Source: Candidatus Saccharimonadota bacterium
GTDB taxonomy: Bacteria; Patescibacteriota; Saccharimonadia; Saccharimonadales; SLHW01
DNA: 64,000 nucleotides
Reading direction: 5' to 3'
Assembly: GCA_024635455.1 (NCBI GenBank)
Contig: JAGXIU010000003.1
Span: forward strand, 226,446 to 290,445
This document shows, one piece after another, positions 38,550 to 48,247 of this stretch (positions are counted from its first letter, which is position 1; each line of letters begins with the position of its first letter). The notes below the pieces were generated by a model that was not told where the DNA came from, made no database searches, and saw nothing but the letters and a program-made list of their open reading frames with translations. The position numbers and the translations under genes are program-made.

Positions 38550-40586
38550 TTATTGTAGATTCGTGACTGATCGTAGCGATTGAACACGTGAGTACAGATG
38601 CTCGTATTGTAGCAAATCTTGGCCAGAATCGATAAAATCCTGAGCAGCATTGCGGGCTGACGCGATTAGTTCTGTATCTGTTAAAGAGGCGACGCGTAAA
38701 TCAAGTGCACCGTGTTGGTATGTCCCGTAAATTGCACCTGGGCCACGGAGCTCTAGGTCAAGTTCTGCGAGACGAAAACCATCGCTCATATCAGCTACCG
38801 CCCTTATGCGTCGACTCGGGCGTTTGCTATCGCTTAGCACGAGATAACAATAGCTTTGCTGCTCGGAGCGCCCAACCCGGCCGCGAAGTTGATGAATCTG
38901 CGCCAGTCCAAATCGATCTGCGCTTTCTATAATCATCATAGTAGCGTTTGGCACATCAACACCGACCTCTATGACCGTAGTACTCACCAGTACATCCAGT
39001 TTATGCTCAAGAAATTCTTGCATGACTGCAGTTTTCTGCTCTTGAGATAGCTTTCCGTGCAAGAGTCCGATTCGCCACGATTTGAGATCTTTTTGCTTGA
39101 GTCGTTTATAAACCTCAGTAGCTGATTGCGCTTTGAGCATTTCACTGTCCTCAATAAGTGGACAGACAACAAACAGCTGACGTCCTTCACGCAGCCCTTG
39201 TTCTACTTCGGTGTAAAGTTGCGCTCTAGAATTTGGTGAATGAATAGTGGTCTCAACTGGCTTTCTGCCAGCAGGCTTCTGCGCTAAGACCGATATATCC
39301 AGCTCACCGTACAGTGTTAGAGCGAGACTCCGCGGTATTGGCGTTGCGGTCATGTGAAGAACGTGTGGCATATAACCAACCGTTTTTTGTAGCTTGTGGC
39401 GTTGTTCTACACCAAATCGATGCTGTTCGTCAACAATGACCAGCCCCAAATTATGCATCGTTACTGCGTCACTTATCAATGCGTGCGTCCCAATAATACA
39501 GTGCAGTTGGTTGTCCGTAATTTGCTGGTGTAATTGTTTTTTCTGCTTGGTGCTCAAGCTACCCGTTAGCAGTCCGATCTGTTTGTCCATACCTAGCGGA
39601 GCAAGCAAGGAGCGCATTGTTACTTCATGTTGCCGAGCCAATATTTCAGTTGGCGCCATTAATGCCACTTGAAAACCATGCTTTATTGCCATGGCCGTAG
39701 CCATGGCCGCGACTACTGTTTTACCAGAACCAACGTCACCTTCTAATAATCGGTTCATTGGCTGAGTTTTCTGCATATCTTGATATATACGCCAAGCGGA
39801 CTTCCGCTGATCTTCAGTGAGATCAAATGGTAAATTTTGCACAATCGATTGCGCGACTGAACTCTCAAATGGCACAGAAACTGCAGTGTCTTGCATAAGC
39901 TCATATTTATTCAGAAGCGACGCTAACGTAAGCTGAAAGACTTCCTCAAATCCAAATCTATGACGTGCTTCCTGGAGTTGTTTTGATGAGTCAGGAAAAT
40001 GAATCTGCTGCAGAGCTTCTGCGCGAGGTGATAATGCCGTAGCTTGTAGTACTGATTGAGGCAATGTTTCTAGACTAGTTTTTATTAATGACTGGCATTG
40101 GTCAATTAACTTTCTGATTTGTACCGATGTTATACCACGTGACTCTCTGTAGACTGGAACGATTCGAGCAGTGTGCACGGTGGTATCACTGACCTGCTCG
40201 ATGATTGGATTTTGCAAGGAGAATCGTTGCCGACGTAACTGAAAGTCGCCCGATAAATAGTATGCCTGGCCAGGCTGAATCGACTTCGCCCGATAAGGCT
40301 GGTTAAACCAGACAACACGCAGAGAACCGGTCTTATCATGCGCCGAGGCTTCAGTAATATGTAAGCCTCGCCGTACGTAGCGTCCCTTTACATCAGAAAT
40401 CGTAGCCTCTATTGTCACCATACCAGGCTCAACTGAATCGATTGGATCTATCTGAGAGTAGTCATTGTATTCTCTTGGGAAATAATCCAGTAGATCGCTT
40501 AGCGTATCTATACCCATAGCACGAAGTTTGTCAGCGAAAACATCGCCTACCCCACGTAATACCTGGACTTTATCACTTACCTTCAT
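38550..40586 (-). CDS. recG: ATP-dependent DNA helicase RecG
   Basis: MNRLLEGDVGSGKT, DEQHRFG, TATPIPRS, HQLRGRVGR. Confidence 0.97.
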   Translation of the reverse strand: MKVSDKVQVLRGVGDVFADKLRAMGIDTLSDLLDYFPREYNDYSQIDPIDSVEPGMVTIEATISDVKGRYVRRGLHITEASAHDKTGSLRVVWFNQPYRAKSIQPGQAYYLSGDFQLRRQRFSLQNPIIEQVSDTTVHTARIVPVYRESRGITSVQIRKLIDQCQSLIKTSLETLPQSVLQATALSPRAEALQQIHFPDSSKQLQEARHRFGFEEVFQLTLASLLNKYELMQDTAVSVPFESSVAQSIVQNLPFDLTEDQRKSAWRIYQDMQKTQPMNRLLEGDVGSGKTVVAAMATAMAIKHGFQVALMAPTEILARQHEVTMRSLLAPLGMDKQIGLLTGSLSTKQKKQLHQQITDNQLHCIIGTHALISDAVTMHNLGLVIVDEQHRFGVEQRHKLQKTVGYMPHVLHMTATPIPRSLALTLYGELDISVLAQKPAGRKPVETTIHSPNSRAQLYTEVEQGLREGRQLFVVCPLIEDSEMLKAQSATEVYKRLKQKDLKSWRIGLLHGKLSQEQKTAVMQEFLEHKLDVLVSTTVIEVGVDVPNATMMIIESADRFGLAQIHQLRGRVGRSEQQSYCYLVLSDSKRPSRRIRAVADMSDGFRLAELDLELRGPGAIYGTYQHGALDLRVASLTDTELIASARNAAQDFIDSGQDLLQYEHLYSRVQSLRSVTNLQ

Positions 40587-40603
40587 ACTGTGATGTAGTA
40601 TAC

Positions 40604-41401
40604 CTACTTCACGCGACGAACGAGGAAAAACGTACTTGGACCAAAGTACATTTTTGCCAGCAATGGTTGCAAAATATACTCAATCTTCAACATAAACCAT
40701 CTTGGCAGTATAGCCTTAAGTCTTGGGCTGCGCAGATTTGAAACTGACAACGTTTTCTCTACTTTTAAGCCAGCGTGAGCCAACTGTTTTATGACTGTCT
40801 TAGGGTTATGGTTTACAAATGCAACTTCATCATCCCGCTGATTTTCTTTCGAACGGATATCAACTGGTTTCAATGGTAGTGGTTTTCGCTTGAGTAAATA
40901 CTTGAATCGGTTACGAGCGTGCGCATAGTTTGCGACTTCAAGTACTAAATAACCATCTTTTCGAAGCGCCCGCGCTATCTCGGAGAATTCTTTTGAAGGA
41001 TCTGGCAAGTGGTGCATCACGCGAATCATTGTTATGAGATCAACTGTATTGGTCTCGAACTGCAGATCATCGGCTTGCATCTTTTTCTGGGAAATATCTG
41101 GGTATTTTTTGAGGTATTTTTTCGCAATATCAAGTTGTGTTTGTGACGGCTCAGCTAGCGTTACGTTGCGAGCATATCGCTGCAATAGAATACAAAGTCT
41201 ACCATACCCGCCACCAATATCGACAGCTGTGTCAAACTCTCTGCCTCGAAGTAGTCGCTTTATGGCTTGTTGCTCGGCAGCATGTTCATAATCTCGGCCG
41301 TCCCAGTACTTTAGGTAGTTATAGTTACCACTGTCGTATTGATCAGCTTTCTTCTTTTTGCTACGTGGCTTCGTGCTAGATGTTTTCTGTTTGCGTGGCA
41401 T
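40604..41401 (-). CDS. Class I SAM-dependent methyltransferase
   Basis: VDIGGGYGR, RVMHHLPDP, LRKDGYL. Confidence 0.85.
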   Translation of the reverse strand: MPRKQKTSSTKPRSKKKKADQYDSGNYNYLKYWDGRDYEHAAEQQAIKRLLRGREFDTAVDIGGGYGRLCILLQRYARNVTLAEPSQTQLDIAKKYLKKYPDISQKKMQADDLQFETNTVDLITMIRVMHHLPDPSKEFSEIARALRKDGYLVLEVANYAHARNRFKYLLKRKPLPLKPVDIRSKENQRDDEVAFVNHNPKTVIKQLAHAGLKVEKTLSVSNLRSPRLKAILPRWFMLKIEYILQPLLAKMYFGPSTFFLVRRVK

Positions 41402-41421
41402 AACTGGAGTAGTATAGCAGG

Positions 41422-42678
41422 TTACTTATTTGATGCGAGCTCGATTAGAGCAGTATTTTTTAAGGTTTTACCCTTCCGAAGCAGTAATCGGTTGTTTCGG
41501 AAATTTTCTTGATTGAATTCTTCTGTTTGTATGCTCGTACCATTTACGTACACCGAACCACCGCTAACGAGCCGACGTGCCTCCGTTTTTGAGCTGGCGA
41601 GCCCGCTTTCAGACAAAGCATCTACAACCGAAGCATTCGCAGGAATTACTGCTGAGGCCAGCTCTTCACGCAACAGTGCCAGTTGCGTCTCGGTAGCTTC
41701 TTGAATATCGATTTTTCCAGTGATGAAATTAGTTACGTCCTCAGCTCCATCACGAATATCGGCGCCGTGCACGATTTGGGTAACTTCATGAGCAAGCCGT
41801 TGCTGCGCATAGCGCTGCTTTGGGTCTGCTTGATGTTGTTCAATAATGGCTTCTAGCTCAGCTTTATCAAGTTCAGTATAAATTTTGAGGTATTCCTCGA
41901 CACCTGCATCGTCCACATTCAACCAAAACTGATAAAATTGCGTCGGGCTGGTTAATTCAGAGTCAAGCCAAACTGCTCCAGCTTCAGTCTTGCCGAATTT
42001 TTTTCCAGTAGTTTTATTAATAATTAGGGGTGCAGACCATACCTGTGCTTCGTTTCCAGATATCCGACGCACGAGCTCCACTCCTGCCAGACTATTACCC
42101 CATTGGTCAGAGCCACACAATTGCAGCGTTACGCCGTAGTTTTTATTCAGATAATAAAAATCATAGCCTTGGATGAGGGCATAGCTAAACTCAGCATAAC
42201 TTATCCCGGCTCCGTCTTCACGAAGGCGTGCTTGTACAAAATCTCTACCAAGCATCTGCCGCATTGGAACGTGTTTGCCGACATCGCGCAAAAACTCTAG
42301 GTAGCCGATATCTTTGAACCAGTCATAATTGTCAACGAGTTGAAAAGATTGGCCACTAAAGATTTGTTCGTACTGTTTAACTATCGCTTGTTTGTTTTTT
42401 TGTATCTCTTCATGAGTTTTGAGGCTACGTTCTTCGGCCTTGCCGTCGGGGTCACCGATAAGCCCGGTTGCACCACCGACTAATAGTACTGCCTTATGTC
42501 CTGCCGCGATAAAATGCCGAATCATCATTGCGATGGCAAGATGACCAATCGTCATAGATGTAGCGCTCGGGTCAACACCCCAATAAAAGGTTATAGGCTG
42601 CTCGTCTAATACAGTACTGTCCGAATAGGTTGTCTGATTAACGAAGCCGCGCCACGTAAGTTCTTCTGATAACTTCAT
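41422..42678 (-). CDS. tyrS: Tyrosyl-tRNA synthetase
   Basis: GVDPS..TIGH, GGATGLIGDP, EFSYALIQGYD, GSDQWGN, KFGKT; start at MKLSEEL. Confidence 0.96.
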   Translation of the reverse strand: MKLSEELTWRGFVNQTTYSDSTVLDEQPITFYWGVDPSATSMTIGHLAIAMMIRHFIAAGHKAVLLVGGATGLIGDPDGKAEERSLKTHEEIQKNKQAIVKQYEQIFSGQSFQLVDNYDWFKDIGYLEFLRDVGKHVPMRQMLGRDFVQARLREDGAGISYAEFSYALIQGYDFYYLNKNYGVTLQLCGSDQWGNSLAGVELVRRISGNEAQVWSAPLIINKTTGKKFGKTEAGAVWLDSELTSPTQFYQFWLNVDDAGVEEYLKIYTELDKAELEAIIEQHQADPKQRYAQQRLAHEVTQIVHGADIRDGAEDVTNFITGKIDIQEATETQLALLREELASAVIPANASVVDALSESGLASSKTEARRLVSGGSVYVNGTSIQTEEFNQENFRNNRLLLRKGKTLKNTALIELASNK

Positions 42679-42800
42679 ACGCGTCCCAGTATACAATAAA
42701 CAAGCACAGAGGTTGGAATTTTGTAATTGAAAGTGCTCATTATTTGCTATACTGAAGGCTGAGCTTTTATGCTTATTATGAGGGAGAAAACTACTTACAC

Positions 42801-45800
42801 ATGAGTAAATCGACTAAGAAGCGTAAGAAACCGTCAGAGGGAGCGCGTACTAATAAAGGACGGCGTAAAAAGACGTCCAAAAACACCTACACCACGAAAA
42901 ATGGCCAGAATATACGTGTGAATCGTACCATTCTAGATAAATTACGAGCACGAAAAGCTAATAATGCAAAGAAGCGTGCCCGACGTTTAGCAGGAATGCC
43001 AAAAAGTCGATTTAAACGGTTCTTTTATCGGCTCCACCCGAAACGACTTTATAAGTATTGGTTTAGTCGTGAAGGAGCTATTATGTTCCTCCGAGTTACT
43101 GGCATTGCTATCATTACTGGCTTCCTGGTGCTGGTGGGGCTATTTGCCTACTTCCGCAAAGACTTACCTGACCTGAGAGACATATCTGGCAACAATATAG
43201 GTGGCAGCATCCGCTACTACGACCGCACTGGGGAGACGCTCCTATGGGAAGATTTCGACGCCGTGAAGCGCGTACCTGTTCCTGGCGATCAAATATCAGA
43301 GCACATGAAAAATGCGACCATTGCTGTTGAGGACAGGGACTTCTTTGAGCATAGTGGTTTTGATGTGCGCGGTATATCGCGTGCGGCTTTTCGTAATATC
43401 ACTGGTCAAGGCGAGGTACGTCAAGGTGGTTCTACTATCACACAGCAATTAGTTCGACTCACGCAATCTGAGGTAGGTGCTGAGCAGACATACACTCGCA
43501 AAGTTAAAGAGCTCATATTATCAATCGAGCTAGAGAGAAGCTTCACAAAAGATGAGATTCTCGTCGGATACCTAAATACTGCTCCTTACGGTAATGTCCA
43601 ATACGGTGTAGAATCAGCATCTCGTGATTACTTTAGTAAGTCAGCAAAAGATCTTGATCCAATCGAATCAGCATACTTAGCTGCTATGCCACAATCGCCG
43701 TCATATTATTCACCCTATGGACCAAACTTTAATCCTGAGGCACTCATAGGCCGAACGACATTCATATTAGGCCAGATGCGGAGCATGGATATGATTACAG
43801 ACGAGGAGTATGAAGCAGCGCTTGAGGTTGATATCTTAGATCGCGTAAAAGAACCTCAACCAAAGTATGGCAGTATCCGTGCACCGTGGTTTGTACTGAC
43901 AGCAAAAGACCAACTCGAAGCTACCTATACCGAAGGCGCTGTACAGCGTGGTGGCTGGAAAATAATTACAACTCTTGATCTAGACGTTCAAGAGATTGCC
44001 GAGAAAAACGTATCCGGTGGCATGCCGCAAATTGTTTCTCAAGGTGGTGACTCAGCTGGTTTCGTAGCGGAAGATGTAGAGACAGGTCAAGTGGTTGCAC
44101 TCGTCGGTGGCTCTGATTTTACTAACGATGAATATGGCCAGAATAACTACGCTCGCCTCCGACTTCCACCTGGATCTAGCTTTAAACCATATGACTATTT
44201 ATCGCTGATCGATAATACTGAAGACTTTGGTGCCGGCTCAGTACTCTATGATAGTCGCGGACCAGTTCCGGGTTATCCTTGTACAACTGGGTCCGGCAGA
44301 ACCGGAAACTGTCTGCGTAACTATGACTTCCGCTATCCGGGTCCAGTAACGCTCCGCTACGCGTTGGGTGGATCTAGGAACGTACCAGCTGTAAAAGCTA
44401 TGTTGATTGCTGGCATTGATAACACAATTGCCACCGCCGAGAAAGTTATGGCAAACCCCGATGACCCAGAAGAGATTGTTGATGACACTTACAACTGTTA
44501 TGCTGATGACCTGTTAACCATCAAGGCAGATTGTTTCGCTTCTTCTGCTATTGGTGATGGTGCATATTTACGACTCGACGATCATGTTCATGGCATGGCG
44601 ACAATATCGCGCCATGGACTGAACATTCCCCAGACATATATATTAAAAATTGAGGATTCAACAGGTCGAGTTATCGACGAATGGGAGCCCTCAGCTGGCG
44701 ACCAAGTCGTTCGTGAAGAATCAGCCTATATCGTGGCGGATATGATGGCGGATCCAAATGCCAGCTACATGAGCAGAAAGCCACACCGTTTTAATGGTTG
44801 GGACTTCAGCCTCAAGACTGGTACTACCAATGATTCAAAAGACGGCTGGCTACTTGGGTTCTCGACAAAATATTCAGCTGGTGTATGGGTCGGATCGCAT
44901 AACCGTCGCGTTGAGATGTCAGGCTTTATGGAAACTATGACACAACCAATCTGGCAAGGATTTATGGAAGACGTTCATCGTGAGCTTGAGCCAATTGAGC
45001 GCGTACGGCCGAGCGGAATACAAGAACTTCCAGCTTTTGTTATACGAAGTAATGTTGGATTAGCTTCAGTTGAACCAAGCCGTGCGACCGATTTGTATCC
45101 AAGTTGGTATGGTAGGCAAACTGCTAGCAATGAAAAACAAGAAATTGACGTCGTTTCAAATAAACTCGCGACCGAGTGTACCCCAGGACGAGCACGTCGT
45201 GAAGTTACTGGTGGTGATCCATCACTATTCTCGGGCGATACGTTCGTTAATGAAGCCGCTGATACCACCCAAGAAGATGATGTTCATAACTGTAACGACA
45301 CTAAGCCAAAGATCAGTATATCAATCGATCAGAACAACGAAATATACACCATTCGAGCCAGCGTCACGCAAGGAACGCATCCGATATCGAGCGATGACTT
45401 CCAAGGTGTCGTAAACTTCTCAGTTGGTGGTAACGTCATACAGTCTTACGAGGTTAATGGTCCAGGCCCAACCCAGCGCTTTACATATTCTGGTAGTTTT
45501 TCTGGTACACGTACCTTGACAGCAGAAATCATTGACAGTGTTCTCTACGATGGTCAAGACCAGGTAACGCTCAGTGGACTTACGGTAGAGGAAGAAGAGC
45601 CTAGTGATCTAGTCATTACTGCAGCTACTTACAATACAGACGATGAGAAAGCAACGTTTAGCTGGAGTGAAAACTCTGGTCCAGTAACTATATATACTGC
45701 CTCAAACCAAGAATTGTGCACTGGAAATAACGGTAGTGCTAATTCGTGTACCTATGAGGGTGATGCTGTAGGTGTTGGTGACCAGGTTTATGCAGCGGAC

Positions 45801-45842
45801 AACAGTTCAACCTCAGAAACTTTCACAATCACGGAAGACTAG
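42801..45842 (+). CDS. Class A penicillin-binding protein (transglycosylase + transpeptidase) with C-terminal beta-rich domains
   Basis: EDRDF, GGSTITQQ, RKVKE; SSFK, SRN, KTG; basic N-terminus and one TM helix. Confidence 0.93.
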   Translation: MSKSTKKRKKPSEGARTNKGRRKKTSKNTYTTKNGQNIRVNRTILDKLRARKANNAKKRARRLAGMPKSRFKRFFYRLHPKRLYKYWFSREGAIMFLRVTGIAIITGFLVLVGLFAYFRKDLPDLRDISGNNIGGSIRYYDRTGETLLWEDFDAVKRVPVPGDQISEHMKNATIAVEDRDFFEHSGFDVRGISRAAFRNITGQGEVRQGGSTITQQLVRLTQSEVGAEQTYTRKVKELILSIELERSFTKDEILVGYLNTAPYGNVQYGVESASRDYFSKSAKDLDPIESAYLAAMPQSPSYYSPYGPNFNPEALIGRTTFILGQMRSMDMITDEEYEAALEVDILDRVKEPQPKYGSIRAPWFVLTAKDQLEATYTEGAVQRGGWKIITTLDLDVQEIAEKNVSGGMPQIVSQGGDSAGFVAEDVETGQVVALVGGSDFTNDEYGQNNYARLRLPPGSSFKPYDYLSLIDNTEDFGAGSVLYDSRGPVPGYPCTTGSGRTGNCLRNYDFRYPGPVTLRYALGGSRNVPAVKAMLIAGIDNTIATAEKVMANPDDPEEIVDDTYNCYADDLLTIKADCFASSAIGDGAYLRLDDHVHGMATISRHGLNIPQTYILKIEDSTGRVIDEWEPSAGDQVVREESAYIVADMMADPNASYMSRKPHRFNGWDFSLKTGTTNDSKDGWLLGFSTKYSAGVWVGSHNRRVEMSGFMETMTQPIWQGFMEDVHRELEPIERVRPSGIQELPAFVIRSNVGLASVEPSRATDLYPSWYGRQTASNEKQEIDVVSNKLATECTPGRARREVTGGDPSLFSGDTFVNEAADTTQEDDVHNCNDTKPKISISIDQNNEIYTIRASVTQGTHPISSDDFQGVVNFSVGGNVIQSYEVNGPGPTQRFTYSGSFSGTRTLTAEIIDSVLYDGQDQVTLSGLTVEEEEPSDLVITAATYNTDDEKATFSWSENSGPVTIYTASNQELCTGNNGSANSCTYEGDAVGVGDQVYAADNSSTSETFTITED

Positions 45843-45883
45843 TCCTAGCAATTTAGTTCGCTGGAACACGACCAAGTATTTAC

Positions 45884-47236
45884 CTACGATTTCAAGTAAG
45901 TGTTGAGTGCTGTACGTACGCTTGAAACACCCTTGTACTGCTTAGGCTGTGCTTTGCCTTGCAATACCGGGCCGACTGCCTCGTCGAACCCAAGTTTACG
46001 TGCTTCCTGAATTCGCTTATCAATATGGGGTACGTGTCGCACTTCACCCGATAAGCCAAGCTCGCCAAACACAACTGCATTCTTGCTTAGCTGCATTGAC
46101 TTTGCTGCAGAGGCAATTGCCATAGCTACAGCTAAATCACCGGCAGGTTCTTGTAGGCGTATGCCGCCGACAATATTCACGTATACATCCATATCAGCCA
46201 GCTTGAGCTTTGTGCGCCGCTCTAACATGGCAATGAGTAGCTGGAGCCGGTTCAAGTCCATACCGCTAGCGGCTCGTTTTGGATATCCATAATTGGTTTG
46301 GTTAACTAACGCTTGCACCTCAACCAGCAACGGTCGTGTTCCTTCCATGGTTGCCAATACCACCGATCCATCTGTTTGCTGCCGTTCGGCCAATAGCGCG
46401 GCTGATGGATTTTTAACGACTTCAAGTCCACTGCCTTTCATTTCAAAAAGAGCAGAATCTTCAGTCGAACCATACCGATTCTTGATTGCTCGCAGTATCT
46501 TAAAGCCACCGTATCTATCACCCTCAAGCTGTAATACGACATCAACGATATGCTCGAGTAGCTTCGGCCCTGCGATAGAGCCCTCTTTTGTAACATGCCC
46601 AACTAATATTAGCGCCGTGTTTGATTGCTTGGCTGCATAACTAAGCATCTTTGTGCTATTGGTAATTTGCGACATAGAGCCTGCAGCTGAGCTAATGTCG
46701 TTACAAGCGACTGTCTGAATAGAGTCTACGACCACTATGTCATAGTCACCCTGACTGATGGTGGCGGAGATATCGTCCGTTACATTAGTAGCGACGATAT
46801 GTAATAGATTAGAAGAAATACCGAGTCGTTTCGCGCGCAAACCCACCTGGTGAGTTGATTCCTCACCACTTATATAAAGCACCTGCTTGTTTTTGGCTAT
46901 AGCATGAGCAATTTGTAAGAGTATTGTGCTCTTGCCGATTCCGGGCTGACCAGCCAATAAGTTCACGCTACCTGCGACAAAACCACCTCCAAGTAGCACA
47001 TCAACATCAGCGATGGCTGTCTGCAGCCTTGGTTCATCGTGAGCGACAGCATCAGAAACTGAATCAGGTTTTAGAATACTTCCCGCTGAACTGTTCTTTG
47101 AGGTACCTGGCTTCGCGCCAACAATAACTGATTCCTCGAGAGTGTTCCATTCACCGCAGGTAAAACACTTCCCGCTCCAGCGTTGCGACTCACCGCCACA
47201 ACTGCTACATATATAGACTGTCTTATCCTTTGCCAT
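45884..47236 (-). CDS. radA: DNA repair protein RadA/Sms
   Basis: C4 zinc finger CSSC..CFTC, GQPGIGKST, KNRYG, Lon-like C-terminus. Confidence 0.96.
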   Translation of the reverse strand: MAKDKTVYICSSCGGESQRWSGKCFTCGEWNTLEESVIVGAKPGTSKNSSAGSILKPDSVSDAVAHDEPRLQTAIADVDVLLGGGFVAGSVNLLAGQPGIGKSTILLQIAHAIAKNKQVLYISGEESTHQVGLRAKRLGISSNLLHIVATNVTDDISATISQGDYDIVVVDSIQTVACNDISSAAGSMSQITNSTKMLSYAAKQSNTALILVGHVTKEGSIAGPKLLEHIVDVVLQLEGDRYGGFKILRAIKNRYGSTEDSALFEMKGSGLEVVKNPSAALLAERQQTDGSVVLATMEGTRPLLVEVQALVNQTNYGYPKRAASGMDLNRLQLLIAMLERRTKLKLADMDVYVNIVGGIRLQEPAGDLAVAMAIASAAKSMQLSKNAVVFGELGLSGEVRHVPHIDKRIQEARKLGFDEAVGPVLQGKAQPKQYKGVSSVRTALNTYLKS

Positions 47237-47239
47237 CAG

Positions 47240-48223
47240 TTAGAGCTCCTCATTTGCGTCAAAGCGACGCGGCCTACTATCGATTGAGTCAATCAGTGAC
47301 TCATGTGCGAGCGCGGCTGCGTTTCTTTCGGACACTAGTTCATTGTATGCGTCTATCATATCACCCAATCGAGCCACCTCTTGGTTGTAGGTAACGACCC
47401 CCTGGTTGAAGCTAGCGATACCGTTGTTATAGGCGGAAATATTTTCTTGCTCGAGCAGTCGATTCAGCTGCTCCCTCTCTTGCTCCAGCTGACCTGCCCT
47501 GGCCTCCATTTCAACCTGAAGTGACTCAATACTCGCCTGCTCCTGCTTAAGACGAGCGTCAAGCTGATCTACACGTTGCCTGGCCTTCTCAAACACACTG
47601 GCATACTGGTCACTGAGATCGACGATTTGTAATCTATCGTCAAAATACTGTGCATAATAATCTTCTAGCTCAGGGGTTAGTTGCCGTACTTCCGTAGCCA
47701 GAATCGAATGTAATTCGTTCAAGACTACAGCTGAATCTCGTTGACGATAAGCTTCAATTGTTTCTTGTATCCGCTCGTCATCTAGCTGATTGAAGAACGC
47801 AAGATTCAATTGGTCAATACGCTCACGTTCTGAGCTTGACAATCTCTCATAGGCAACATGAAGCATTTCATGGGCAGCGGTTACTTGACGAACACCCGAG
47901 AGCTGCTCATCATCAACGTCGAATATATATATTCCAGCTCGGCTAATGTAGCACCCGAGTACAATCGACTTCTCAGCTATCGTACAACGCTGACGGAACG
48001 TATCTGTATTCAGTAGCTGTGGGTCATATACATAAAAATAACGCCGCGCAAGCTCAGTCATAGTAGTATCGTTTGCGAGTTGCTCAATACTACTCGTTGG
48101 CTCATAGTCACGCAATAACCACCAGTCTATGACTTGATCTTGGCGGAACACAATAAACAGACTCAGCCCAATAACAACGACTGATACTATCCCAGCAGAA
48201 AACTTTCCTAGGCTGCGCAACAT
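47240..48223 (-). CDS. Membrane-anchored putative zinc metallopeptidase with C-terminal coiled coil
   Basis: N-terminal TM, AAHEMLH, downstream NELHS, heptad-rich tail. Confidence 0.7.
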   Translation of the reverse strand: MLRSLGKFSAGIVSVVVIGLSLFIVFRQDQVIDWWLLRDYEPTSSIEQLANDTTMTELARRYFYVYDPQLLNTDTFRQRCTIAEKSIVLGCYISRAGIYIFDVDDEQLSGVRQVTAAHEMLHVAYERLSSSERERIDQLNLAFFNQLDDERIQETIEAYRQRDSAVVLNELHSILATEVRQLTPELEDYYAQYFDDRLQIVDLSDQYASVFEKARQRVDQLDARLKQEQASIESLQVEMEARAGQLEQEREQLNRLLEQENISAYNNGIASFNQGVVTYNQEVARLGDMIDAYNELVSERNAAALAHESLIDSIDSRPRRFDANEEL

Positions 48224-48247
48224 GGCTCTATCATACGATATATTCGC

